Assembly: GCA_028023455.1 (NCBI GenBank)
Contig: JAQFVV010000002.1
Span: 18,228,001-18,292,000 of the forward strand
DNA length: 64,000 nucleotides
Source of the DNA: Epiperipatus broadwayi
Taxonomy: Eukaryota > Animalia > Onychophora
Direction of reading: 5' to 3'
This document shows positions 12,147 through 24,704 of the stretch, one piece after another. The stretch's first letter is position 1. Each line of letters opens with the position of its first letter. Both the position numbers and the translations under genes were made by a program. The notes beneath the pieces were generated by a model that was given only the letters and a program-made list of their open reading frames with translations, did not search any database and was not told the origin of the DNA.

Positions 12147-12666
12147 TGCGAAGTAACTGATTATCTAATGTTATGCAAATCTATGCAAAGTTCAAGTATT
12201 CCATTTCCTGGATATAGAATAACACGTTTCTTTTCTGTTGATGGTGTTCCTGTCTATTGCAATAAAGCAGGCCTCTTTTATCTTTCTTCTCAAATCGTTT
12301 CCCTCTCTGCAGACTAAGCTGATTATTTGTGTTTTGCATGGATGTCCTGAAAACTTTTGGTGCTGTGTGCAGCACTGGAAAGTAGATTATCTCAACATAA
12401 ATATTTTATACTAAGACACAATCCGATCCAGCACATAATTCCATTTTTGCACAACACCAAAAGCTTGCAGGACATTCATACAAATTGCAAATAATCACCT
12501 TAGTTTGCAGAGAGGGAAACAATTTGAGAAAATAAGAGGCCTTCTTTATTGCAATAGTCAGCAATGCTATCAACAGAAAAGAAACATGTTATTCTATATG
12601 CAGGAAATGGAATACTTTAACTTTGCATAGATTTGCATAACATTACATAAACAATTACTTCACAAA

Positions 12667-12710
12667 GAGTTATGATTATGAGAGCTATGTCTCTCGAAAG
12701 TACTCAGCCC
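12667..12710 (+). ncRNA. Variant HHR motif, A3-U8 core (family F, right arm)
   Basis: gaguu-AUGAUUA-u-GAGAG cuaugu CUCUC-GAAA-GUAC-UC/agccc; palindromic GUAC loop; predicted cleavage after 12705. Confidence 0.6.
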
Positions 12711-14138
12711 ATGGTTTAAAAAGATATTAAATATTAGCTTTGTGTTTATGTGTTTATAGCGCTAGTATTGAATTAAATATAAATGATAAATTATAACTTT
12801 ATGAATAAATATAATGTGTATATATCCTTGCTTGATTATAGCAATTTATATACATATGCAATTACTTATCTTTATTTATGAAATGATTTTTTATCTTTTT
12901 TTAAAGGTAGTTAAATTGTAATACAATTTTATCTTTTGAGAAATAATTTTGAAACGATAATTCATCAGAATCTATAAAAATATATATATATATTTTGCTA
13001 CAAAAAATGTTAATATTAAACATAATCTATGACCATACAAATGATACACCGTTTCTCTACTATTAAATGCAAATTGAGAAGAGAATCTTTTAAAAAATGT
13101 GAATATTTTTTTTAAAAAAAAGGAATATTCATGTTAGAGAAATATGAACATCAAACTTATAATACCTTTAAAATAATGAATAAAATAAGCTAATAAGGAC
13201 ATGTGTCCTTTTGTAAGACTTTTACCAATTTGAACACAAATAAACATCAAATATTTAAAATAGTCTAGTTAAAGTAACCATACTAGGTAGTACATATAAT
13301 AAAAAATATAGAATCATTTTTTATTTATTTTAAAAGTGAAAAATCTAAAAAATAATATCATATTTTATTATATGTTATTGGAAAATGTAATTTTAAAATA
13401 AATAAAAAACACTATTTGTTATGTTAAAGAAAATAATTTACTTTTTAACTGTTGTTTCAAATCTGAAGATAACATTGCTAACAGAAAAAATAATACAAAA
13501 AATTAAATGACACCTGCTTGTTCTTTAATTTAAATGTTTTCAAAATGTAGAATCTGAATTATTTTTCTTACCTATATGCATTTTCCTTCAAAACTATATA
13601 CACTATTGCATTATGCAAATTTTTACCTCACAAAATTTGAATAACTTTTGGAAGGTCATATCACAAATGGATTTAAAATTAGCTAACATTTGAATAATCT
13701 GCAGTTAAAATAAATTATTTCTACTGAATATACAAAATAGATAACTCAATGGTAGAACAGCAGTTTACTTGGATTGTTTACTGAACAAGAGAAAGTATTA
13801 AGAAAAAGTGCCAGTCGAGATTGGTATAATATTCTTCCATTCTATTAATTATTATGTGATAGCAGTCTAGATAATATTAGGTCTTTTAAGCTGGAACAAA
13901 TGCGACTATTGATTAACATTGTAACAACAATATTTAAAGGACTCAATACTATTTAAAGCACTATCATTCAACAAATATATATATATATTATTTGAAAGGG
14001 TGTCTGAGAAGGAGGCAGAACTTTATTCACGTCCTGTAGTTCAATATAGCAAAAAATACTGAGAATCCATTTTGGAGATACCTGATTGTCAACTTCTCTC
14101 TATAAATGAAGATTCTTTACAATTTATTTTACATGCAA

Positions 14139-14765
14139 TCTATATAAATAAAAATGTAAATGCTCATTTGTTCAAAATCTTAAATCTCTGAAAGTTCTTC
14201 ACCGATTGCTTTGAAATTTTGACACAACGTTGCATCGAATATGTGCATGTTTTTAAATACCTACTCCTTATATACTTACTATTATACACCTGTGACAGGT
14301 GAAAACATCCTTTTTTAAAAAACCAGTGCTATCAGTTGGACATAAGCAACATATGCTATACTAAATATTTTACGATTCCATTTCAATGTTTTTGATTGCA
14401 TTGCTAAATTGAATTTTCATAGATTTCAATTTATTTTCATTTTGATTTAATTATTTCGTGTGAGAGATTGCAATTCCCAATTTGATTGGTGTTTGCAATC
14501 ACCATCAGCAAAGCTCATGACCAATCTTTAGAATTGTGTGGTTTAGATCTAGACATAGATTGCTTCTCACATGGACAATTATATATTGCATGTTCTAGAG
14601 TCAGCAAACTAAACAATCTATATCTACACAGACAATGGAACAACAAAAAATATTGTATACCCTGTACAAGCATTGTTAAATTAAACACATTAGAAATGTG
14701 TGCTTTCTCTTTCTTTTCCATTTAACCAGACTGAACCACAGCAATGCATGGCCAGGTACGGCTAG
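14139..14765 (+). mobile_element. Non-autonomous Helitron carrying a Rep/helicase C-terminal remnant
   Basis: A|TC 5' end, CTAG|T 3' end, subterminal ccacagcaatgcatgg hairpin; 14486-14625 encodes FAITISKAHDQSLELCGLDLDIDCFSHGQLYIACSRV (PIF1-type helicase motifs V-VI). Confidence 0.9.
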
Positions 14766-14823
14766 TAATTAATAAATATTATCACAAAGAAGATTTAGAA
14801 AATAGTTTTTCCATCACAAAAAT

Positions 14824-14929
14824 GACAAGCGTTGGTGGTTGAGTGGTCAGCACAGCTGCCTTACAAGTAGTTGTCCTGGGTTAGCGGGTTCGCTTCCCGG
14901 CTGATGCTATGACACATGAAAAAAAAAAA
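14824..14929 (+). mobile_element. tRNA-derived SINE (diverged family S subfamily)
   Basis: gacaagcgttggtggttgagtggtc...gggttcgcttcccggctgatgctatgacacatg plus A-tail. Confidence 0.75.
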
Positions 14930-16245
14930 GAAAGAATATCACTAACAAGTGTACAATTTTCTGCAATAATTCTTACATGTTTATTTACCATAATGCAATA
15001 TCATAATAACTGACATTACTTGGAAAGCTTAGTTAAATATATAAACTGAATGTGGCATTCATGCAAGAAATTCATGACAAACTATTTATAGTCAATAAAA
15101 ATTAAAATTGTATATCACATGACCTAATCTTTGTTTAACTTGTAACTATTTATAGCCCTGTATGTTTTAGTGCAGTGATAATGTATTGGACTTGAAAACA
15201 GAAGGTTCCTAGATTGAAGTTGAATCTAGCATTTGTTCTTAACATCATACATTTCTCAAGCTGCAAATTACTTTATATTGTTATTTTTATTTTGATGCAT
15301 AATAGTAATAGTGCAAGTGGAACTGATATATCATTTGCAATAGAAATCTACTAAAATTAAAAATAAAGATATTTAGAAACATGATTTTTTATTTTATTTT
15401 TAAAGTATGCAGTGAAACGTTGACTGACCACTTTTGGGGAGAAGCTGGATAGTAAAAATAAAATCTGAGGAAAAATCACAATGCTGAAGAAATATTAAAA
15501 TTATAGATAACAATAATTTAAAAATTAATATTAACCGAAATGTATGTATAATATAACTTAACTATTAGGTTTAAATATAACTCACCATTCAAAACATTCC
15601 ATATCTATTATTTTGCAAATTATGTGTGTATATAAATAATAAAATTATATATAAATAAATAAAATTATATATAAATAAATAAAATTTTAATATCATAGCA
15701 ATTAAAAATGCGTTTAAAAATTGGGATTAATATTAATTATAGTTAGTTAATATTTGCAAATGCAACAATCTTGATTTAAATTTTATAACTAACAAAACAT
15801 AAATGATAAGATTTTTAAGATCACAATTTAAAATTTTAGATATCTTTAAAAAATTGTTACTACTACTTTCTGAAAAAATAAACTATGCATATTATTCCAA
15901 TGTACTAAATATTTTAGGGCGTAGAACACTTTAAAATCTTTTACACTGTATGAATAAAAGATGTCATGAAATGTAATGCAACTACTCTTGGACGCTTTTA
16001 TTGTCAACAGTATTTCATATATCTTGTCAAGAATTAGCTTAACTTTATAAACGTATGATTGGCTGTCACCTGAGGTTGATCCTCAAAATGAATAAAATGC
16101 TTTGGATGGCAGAGGTTTGTTTCTAGTAGCAGAGATGGACCAGTCTGGAAATGTGATCGTGTTATGCTTTGCATAACTCAGTCTGACAGTAGGTATCATT
16201 GATGGCTCTGCTATCAATGGTATTCTCCCCTCTATAATAAATTAA

Positions 16246-16330
16246 AGCACTGATTCTCAACCTGTAGGGTGAAACCCCTAGGTTGGCATGATATAATAAA
16301 AGAGGAAGTGCAAAGACATGAAAAGTAGAC
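16246..16330 (+). mobile_element. hAT-like terminal fragment
   Basis: cactgattctcaacctgtaggg resembles the hAT TIR at 5792; no second TIR found. Confidence 0.35.
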
Positions 16331-17644
16331 AAAAACTTGGAAAAACAACTAATTATTGAAACTAAAATAAAAATGATACATTTTGTTAATACAAAAATAA
16401 AATGTCACCCTTAAAAATAAGTAAATAAATATAAATAACCCAAAAGATATAAATAAGTATATATTATACAGTGTAAAAAAAACATACCAGAAGTAAAATA
16501 TAATAAACTAAGATGATGGATAAAATTATTTTTAAATTGACACATGTTTCACCTGTTGGTAGTCTTCCTCAGAACTATAAATAATATGGGAAATGGATAA
16601 TAAAACTAAATAAAAAAGTAGAAAATTGAATATGTCTTTTAAATCATTTCAAGACCCTCAAAGCTAAATAGGAAAAGAAATGTGTAAAAAAAAAAAGTAA
16701 AAGCTATCACTTGAAATGAAATAAATCTCAACATCCCATATTCATAATTATCAATGATGACATATGATTTTTGACAATAATATTCCCAAGTCTTCAATTT
16801 AAAAAAAAATGGAAAGTAAAAATTAAAAAGAAGAAAACTACTTCATATGGTAAAATGAAGCTTTTAGTTCCAGGACTGAAATGATCAGAGAAAATATGTG
16901 TGAAAAAAAATAATAATAATAATAATGCAAGATTGTTTTAATTTATATATAGATATTACAATTCATGAAAATTTCTGGATACTACAATGTAAAATATATA
17001 TATTTTAATATTCTACAAGGTTACTGCCCAAAATCTTCTATGAATAAGGATATATTTTTCTTCCTATGAAAACTTTCATTTCTATATATATAAAACTCTG
17101 ACTTTCAAGCTGCCTATAACTATCCACTCTATCTCATACAAATGACTACATAAATGTGAAAAGGATGAATAATCTCCAACATACATATTTTGTGCTGAAT
17201 CGGCATTCTTCAGTTGGTCCAGATCACCATCTCCCACACATATATACAACCAATGTTCAGTTTAAATTACAGTAGCAAATCTTCAAACTTTAATGGACAA
17301 GCTTCAATCTTCTCCACCCTCCAACTCTTTAGCCATCTATATTATTGAAAATCCAAGGATGGAATGCTCAAAGCTCTTGTTGATGCCAATATTACTGTCA
17401 TACCCATATTGACTTTATGTAACTCTGACTCCTCACATGTAGGATCTTAATATGTCCATTCAAATATACAGAAAAGGGATGGGCATAATGCAGGATGAAT
17501 ATGTAATATTTAAATACATGTATATTGTCTATACTAAACTTAATGTAATTAGAAGGGGTGTGAACTCAAACTTTCAAGCTCCCTACAACTATCCACTCCA
17601 TTATAACCAATATACATGACCACCTACATATGAAAGAGATAAAT

Positions 17645-17700
17645 GATCAGTATATGTATTTCATGCTGAACTAGCACTCATCAGTTGGTCCAGATCACCA
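17645..17700 (-). ncRNA. Type I HHR motif (family B), core intact, stem I eroded
   Basis: ACCAA-CUGAUGA-GUGCU aguuc AGCAU-GAAA-UACAUA-UA/cugau. Confidence 0.55.
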
Positions 17701-18413
17701 TCTTCTACCATATACAATCTGTGTTTAGTTTACATTAAGTTAGCAAATCTTCAAACTTTAATGAACAAGCTTAACAGTGGCATCAACAAAAGCTTTGAAT
17801 GTCCCATCCTCTGATTTTCAATGATATGAATGACTTTAGAGTTGGAGTATGGAGAAGATTAAAGCTTGTCCATTAAAGTTTGAAGATTTCCTATCTTAAT
17901 ATAAACTGAACATTGATTGTATATATGTGTTGGAGATGGTGATCTGGACCAACTGATGCATACTGGTTCAGCATAATATATATATATGGGAGGTCATTTA
18001 TCTTTTCATTTGTAGATAGTCATCTTTATTGGGTTTGTAAGAGATGGAGTGGATAGTTGTAGGGAGCTTGAAAGTCTGAGTTCAAGTCCCGTCTAATTAC
18101 ATTAAGTTTAGTACAGGCAATATACATGTATTTAGATATTACATATTCATCTGTATTCTGCCCATTACTTTCTGTATATTTGAAAGGACTTATTAAAGTC
18201 CTATATGTGAGGAATCAGAGTGACTTAAAGTCAATATAGTATGACAATATTAACATCAGCAAGAGCTTTGAGCATTTCGTCTCAGATTTTCAATGATATT
18301 GATGGCTGAAGAGTTGGAGGGCAGAGATGATTGAAGCCTGTCTATTAAAATTTGAAAATTTGCTATCTTAATATAAACTGAGCACTGGTTGCATATTGAT
18401 AGATTGTAATCTG

Positions 18414-18459
18414 GATCAACTGATGAGTGCTAGTTCAGCATGAAATATGTATATTGGAG
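18414..18459 (+). ncRNA. Type I HHR motif (family B)
   Basis: UCAA-CUGAUGA-GUGCU aguuc AGCAU-GAAA-UAUGUA-UA/UUGG; predicted cleavage after 18453. Confidence 0.75.
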
Positions 18460-19086
18460 ATCATTTATCTTTTTCACATGCATGTACTTAGATATTACAT
18501 ATTCATCCTTTATTTTGCCCATCTCTCTTCTCTATATTTAAATGGCCATACTATGATCCTATTTGTAAGGAGTCAGTGCGACTTAAAAGTCAACATGGAT
18601 ATGCTAATAATATATGTATTTAAATAGGAACTAATATAAATACAATAATATCTAATTTATTGCAAATCTTCTTCAGATATACAGTACTTTCACTTTCTAT
18701 ATCTGCACTTTCAAAACTTGAGTTCTCATCTTCACTATTCCGTAAGGGTACATCATTTTCAGGCCATTTAAATTGCCACCAAACTTTATAATTGAACTTT
18801 ACAATTTCTTTGTCAATTTGCTTTCATATAAAAGTACATTTTTCTATTACAATTTGAATCATTTTTCTAAAATAACTGCTACAATAATGTTAATAATATA
18901 GAAACTATGATTATGGAGCAACAAGGGCTCTGAAAGTGCTTAGTCTGCGGAAATTATAATATAAAACAGTCTAAAAATTATTATGTAAAAGTTTCACTGC
19001 AATGCAGCAGCGTATTATTAATTAAAATAATTTATATTTTTACAAATATTTTCTGGAAAAAATGATTAATGTATAAAAACACTCTA

Positions 19087-19512
19087 AAGCATATGTTTTC
19101 ACTTTGAAAATCAAAACAAAGATACTGTAACTGTTAAAATTTTGATAGGCACTCTTGTGTAGCGAACAAAAAACAAACAATCAGCACCATGGAAGGCAAG
19201 CTCTTATCTCATTGTTATATTGATTTGTTAGTTATAAAAAAATTCTAAAGTTTATTCAGTAGAGTTTTTTCAATAATCAGAAAAGTAATGATAAAAAATT
19301 CTAAAACACATTTTTCACTTCGAAAATTTAAAAGATATCAGAATTTTCAAAATTGGCAAAATAATATTAAAGATTCTAAAGCGTATGTTTTCACTTTGAA
19401 AATCAAAACGAACATATTGAAACTGTCAAAATTTTGGCAGGCACTCTCTTGTGTAGAGAACAAGAAATGACCAATCAGCACCTCGGAAGGCAGGTTCTTA
19501 CCTCATCATTGA
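19087..19512 (+). repeat. Diverged direct repeat, ~130-bp module at ~292-bp spacing
   Basis: aaagc(a/g)tatgttttcactttgaaaatcaaaac...caatcagcacc..ggaaggca at 19087 and 19379. Confidence 0.75.
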
Positions 19513-19669
19513 AATCAGCAAAATTGAGTGTTAAAACTGTTTACAAAATTAATCCCAAAAATCTTGATTATAAAAGATTTAACATGCTATTCTACACAGA
19601 TAAAAATCATAATACTATGTGCATGTATAGCATAAAGTAAAGATCCATAGAAATAAGATGTTAAAAATT

Positions 19670-19753
19670 TTTGTTTCCAATTTAAGATGCATTCCTCTTT
19701 TATGGATCCAAAATTTGGAAAAAAGTATGTCTTATATTAGAAATAATATGGTA
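19670..19753. mobile_element. pogo/Tigger-type terminal remnant
   Basis: taagatgca...aaaaagtatgtcttatattagaaataatatggta resembles TACCGTA-type pogo MITE ends; partner end not found. Confidence 0.4.
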
Positions 19754-21420
19754 ACTTGTTTTTTATTTTGCTATTTACAATGAGAGTCTTATTTATCTCA
19801 TATATGTCATAAATTAAAATCACAGTTAAAAATAATGAATGAAAATGAAGTAAATACAAATAATTAAAATACGATTACTGTGTATAATAAAAAAAATTGA
19901 ACTGTTTTGTATTATTTGGCATGCATGTCACTGTATTAATTTCCACTGACATTCCTTTCATGAAGTCATTATTCGATGATGACATCAGTCTGACAAAATG
20001 GCTGCCATTAAAAAATGGTGATTGTTTTTTTTTTAAAATTTGTTGTAACAAATAGTTATTTCAAATTGAAATAGTAAGTACAAAATGGTAATAATCACTA
20101 TGGCTAATTCTCAATATCATATGTGGAAGGAAAAGTGTAAGATAAATTAAATGATTAAAAAAAAGTAACATTTGTTGTAGCTGTCAATGATTAAATAAAT
20201 AAATCTAGTAAATCATATGGTATATTAAAGATGGATAAACAAGTTGTTTTTTAGATTATCTTTGCATTAAAAACTGTAATATAGAGGGATAAGAATAAAA
20301 AAATACAAAACTTTTTTTACGACTCAAACATTTTGATGCTGGTGTTGATCAAGGGTTCTTTTTTTTATAATAGACTTAAAAGCACTGGACAAAAAATTTA
20401 AAGTCAGATATAATGACATTTTATAAAGAACTCTGACTCTGAATGAAATGGTATTTTATGTTCCTGCCGAATTAACAACAGAAGCAATGAAAATAACTTT
20501 TATTTATCCGTAATTTATAAAAGAGAGTTAATTATAGTTAGAAATTTGTTTTAATTTTTTTTTTTTGGCATGAAAGACTGTTTATAATTGGTCAATGCAT
20601 AAACTGTAATATAGTAAAATCATGAATAAATTACTTGATAGTGTTATTATTGACATTTATTTAACTTATTATAAAAATTAATAAAAATTGTATATATAAA
20701 TGTGATTTTTATCTAATTCTTATTTTTTTTTTTTTTTACTATGGAAGGGATTTTATGAGATTGAAGTTTTTTAATTATTTCAGTTGAGTTTACTACATAG
20801 GATTAATTGTGCTATAATTAAAAAGTATAGTCAAAGTTATTTATGATTTATTGATCAGGGAAAAGTATTAAAAACAATTAAAGAATACCTTTTTTTTTTT
20901 TTAAAAAAAAAGTTTGACATGATATTCTTATTTATATAAATATATGTATTTATATTTTTATGTTATAAAGTTCTGAATTAATTTATCCCTAGATAATTAA
21001 AAAGTACAGTTAAAATCAATGATTTTACACAGATAAAACACATAAATAATAATTAAATAATTTTCGTTTTTAAGGAAAATTGTTTGACATAAAATATAAT
21101 ATTCTTATTTTTATAAATATATGTATTTATATTCTTATTATTTATAAGTTTTGATATAAGTCATATCCATTTGTGTTTAATGAAGAATATACAGGTAGCT
21201 ACCACTAATCTGAACACCCCTAATTCAAAAGCTTGTATCATCCAAATAATATTATAAATTTGTTTGATTTATTGTTTTAATTACCGATATAAAAAATTTG
21301 CAGTGACATAAATAAAAACTTATTTTGTATTTTAAAGTGTTTTCTTGTTATTAATATAATAAACTTATGGAGTATGCAAAAAATATTACAATATATACAA
21401 TTTATAGATAGTAAAGTTAA

Positions 21421-21462
21421 TCTTTTTTTTTTTTTCATGTGTCATAGTATCGGTCGGGAAGC
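21421..21462 (-). mobile_element. 5'-truncated SINE S (3' end only)
   Basis: poly-T followed by catgtgtcatagtatcggtcgggaagc. Confidence 0.65.
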
Positions 21463-21974
21463 TAGTTAATCTTTAAGTTTTCAGCAAAGTTTAGGTCTAT
21501 AATGAGTATGTGGGGTGGAAGTATTATTGAAATTTAAAAAATGCACAAATCCAAAAAAGCTCAAGATCTAGAGAATTTCATAATCTACTGCACAATTAAG
21601 ATGTTTTTATCATATCGACAATTTATTTTAAAAAATAAAATTAATCATTTTTTAAAATATTTGTTTATTGTTAATTAGAATTATTTAGAACCTTCACATA
21701 AACTTATAAATTGAAATAAATTTTGAATTAACAAAAAGAAAACCGAGACAGACCCACTCCCCAGTCAAAAACTTTGAAAATCTTAACACAACTTGCTATC
21801 CCGCAGAAAAAAAAAAATTAAGAGGAAAATTGAAAATAACACTAAATTCATCTTTTATAGAAGCTTACATTATTTTTATTTTATTATAAATAACTTAATA
21901 CTAAAAAAACAAAAATGTTTAGATATAAAATAAAGTTTTTAAAAAATACATATCTTTAATTGGGTTTACTTTAA

Positions 21975-22318
21975 AATCTATGGTTTGGAAATTGAAAGTA
22001 TCAGAGATTGCAAGTAAAGAATAGAAAGGTGAATGCTGGGATTAGCAATAAAAAATCAAATATAAAATGCATGGATGAAAGAACACAAAGAATTAAGAGA
22101 TTGAATTGGAACCAAGTGAGATATGTTTTTAAAAGGAAAGACACTAGAAGTACAGATAAAACCTTAAACTGGATTCAAAGAGATTGAAAAATAAAATATC
22201 ATGTAAGATGAATGAGTAAGATAAAAAAAACTGGCTAGAATAATATAAACAATTTCTTGATCAAAAAAATTTCATTAAATTTGGAGAGATCTTTGACTTG
22301 CAGTAGATTAATAATGCC
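21975..22318 (+). pseudogene. RTE-clade LINE 3' fragment
   Basis: Decayed KRLxW...RKDTRxTxKTLNWIxRD and ...ggagagatctttgacttgcagtagatt end, homologous to 47.9 kb and 51.6 kb copies. Confidence 0.65.
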
Positions 22319-22554
22319 AAAAATTGTGCTGTTATTTATATTTCTGTATTATAAAAATGTGTTAAAGAAACAAACAAACAAAATTGCAAGTCAATCTCCA
22401 ACTTTTCATTGTTAAAATACAATATTAAAGTAATTGCTTTCCTGGATATTACAATCCCCCCCCCCTCATGCATTTATTCTCCACTATCATTTTTAGATTT
22501 GAAAAATTTTTACAAGATATTTTTCTTACAGAAAAATGAGTACTTCTGAGTTTT

Positions 22555-22842
22555 AAAACAGGCAAAACTCTCCATACAGTAGTGTCACTCAGTGCAAATC
22601 TGAGTAATCAATGGATGCCAGAAGGCTTATGAATAAAATCCCTATCTAGTACCTACTCATCCAATATCCTCAGACTAATCTCTGGCTTGTGGCCTTTGTC
22701 AGTGAGGAGCCTTGGATCTGAGAACACTACATCTAATGCAATCCTCTAGTAGTCACCTTTTATCTCTACTTAACTACAAAACTATGAGAATAAAATTGAA
22801 AACACAATAATATTTTCAATCCAAGCTCATTAGCTTATATAA
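22555..22842 (-). mobile_element. Family A pseudo-LTR (long antisense copy, HHR core mutated)
   Basis: Minus-strand core CUGACAA...GAGA; upstream part matches 57422-57540. Confidence 0.8.
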
Positions 22843-22947
22843 TCATATAGGTCTGAACTCAGTTCAGTACCCATACATTTTGGTGTCTGGTTTTTTAATA
22901 ACCATAGCCACAACTATCCTATTAGGCAGGATTGGTATTAATAAACT

Positions 22948-23226
22948 AAACATCATATGATCACCATTTCTTATGTTTGCTCATAACTGTTACTAAAACA
23001 GATAAAACTCTCCATACAGTAGTGTCACTCAGTGCAAGTCAGAGTAATCTAGAAACTAGTCTGGTGATATTGGATGAGTAGGGACTAGATAGGGATTTTA
23101 TGCACAAGTCTTCTGGCTTCCATTGATTACTCTGGCTTGCACTGAGTGGCACTACTGTATAATTTAGTCTGTTTTAGTAACAGATATGACATAGCAAGGA
23201 TAAGAAATGATGACCATGTGATGTTT
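22948..23226. mobile_element. Family A inverted pair
   Basis: aaacatcatatgatcacc / ccatgtgatgttt termini; sense arm starts at agaaactagtc (3' half of the HHR). Confidence 0.8.
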
Positions 23227-23237
23227 AGTGGTTTAAC

Positions 23238-23795
23238 TTCTGAGTTTTCAAGTAAACCAAGATGGTAGTCTGTATTTTTGATAAATCTAGTTTTGCGGAC
23301 ACCCAAAAAATGTTTACAAAAAATGCCTGCTAGGAAATGTCTTATTTCATATTTAAATTTTATTTTTTATTACTGCTATTTTAAAAAATCATTGTGAAAA
23401 AAATAATTACAATATTTACAGTTTATTTATTTATATTACAATATTTACACTTTATTCATGTTGGCATCATGCAATCATATCGTAATCATTAATGCATACT
23501 TTTTGGGATGGCAGAATCCTATTCCTTTGAAAATAATCCACTGCATCACATTCTGTGACAGGAAGATCCCAAATTTTTAGCATTATGACAATTCACCAAA
23601 AAAAAAAGAAAAAAACTGCCGAGTAAAAAAAAAATTGAAATAAAGCTTATTAATGAAACTTTATGGAATTTGTTTCTTTTTTAAATTTAACAATTGATTT
23701 ATTAATTTTTTTATAATTTAATAACTAACATATCTTTGGTAGATTTATCAAAAAGCAGTAGCTTCCATCTTGGTTTACTTGAAATCTCACAAATA
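23238..23795. mobile_element. Unclassified inverted-repeat DNA element (family E)
   Basis: gagttttcaagtaaaccaagatgg..tttttgataaatcta inverted at 23733-23790; homologous blocks at 33720 and 36120-36170. Confidence 0.6.
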
Positions 23796-24617
23796 CGGAA
23801 AAAAATTGTGTTAATTCTTGAATAAGAAATTTAAAAACATAATCTAAATTATTTTTTATTGAGTGGATTATTTGTTGATTTTTGAGTGAAAATATAATAC
23901 AGATTCTTTCAAATGCAATCATTTCAGCCATATATGGATATTTCAAATTGTTTTTATGATATATTTTTCAATTTTTATGTGAGACTGTTAACAATTTTCA
24001 TTTGCTAAATTATTTATCAGAGCTGGATTTCAAAAACTTTTTAATATTTTCAATACCTATTGAATCATGTCTTTGAGAGATAGTAACATTATTGATTAGA
24101 ATCATTATTATATTTGTGCTATATTCTGTAACCTATCAACTTTGGTTTCTGTGAATATATAATCCATCAAGTATTTCTTTAAAATCAATTTTCCTAATAA
24201 TTAACAAAACATTTTTTAGAGAGAAATCAAACTATAAGTTGTAGAATTGAATGTTCATTTTTATTTTTTATGTTATAACAAAAAAAAAATTTAGACAGAT
24301 GTTGTACAATTCATTGATATTTGAGGATTACTTGCATAACTTCTCAAGAATCTTGTTTATTACAACAATCTACCACATAAAAATAGATCACCATCTAGTG
24401 ATCAACATTTATTATAAAATCATTATTGACAATATTCATAGAAAAGTTTGGTACTTAAGTATTATATCTGCTACCCGTGTTTGTATTAGCATAATGCTGT
24501 ATCTTTCTCCAGTGTATGTGTGGGTGGATGGGGGTTGTGACAGCAAAATGCCATATTAAAAGGTTACAACATGCTGTTTTTATTTAGTATTGTTAAAAAT
24601 TTGACTTTTTGATACAG

Positions 24618-24704
24618 CAGAGTGCCATCGCAAACACTCCCCTCCCATCATTGGAGAAAGGCACAACATTCTGCCAACACAAGCATGGGCAGCAGGTTTC
24701 TTAT
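24618..24704 (+). other. Candidate internal exon of an unidentified gene
   Basis: tttttgatacag|cag acceptor, 87 nt, GC-richer than flanks, open in all three frames, TAT|gtaagt donor; product not recognised. Confidence 0.3.

Larger units (their letters stand above)
12076..12739. mobile_element. Family F: 5'-truncated Penelope-like element 3' end with inverted duplication (~295-bp arms)
   Basis: Arms ~12076-12373 and ~12449-12739; left arm (minus) translates TQHQKFSGHPCKTQIISLVCREGNDLRRKIKEACFIAIDRNTINRKETCYSISRKWNT*, a PLE GIY-YIG-like C-terminal tail. Confidence 0.8.
17091..18605. mobile_element. Family B compound array: two tandem antisense plus two tandem sense units, inverted about ~17775
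   Basis: HHR cores at 17207-17213 and 17678-17684 (minus, spacing 471) and at 17953 and 18420 (plus, spacing 467). Confidence 0.85.

Noticed and set aside
15631-15686. Short tandem repeats as a CRISPR-like array
   Set aside because: Simple AT-rich 20-bp minisatellite without unique spacers, in a eukaryotic context.
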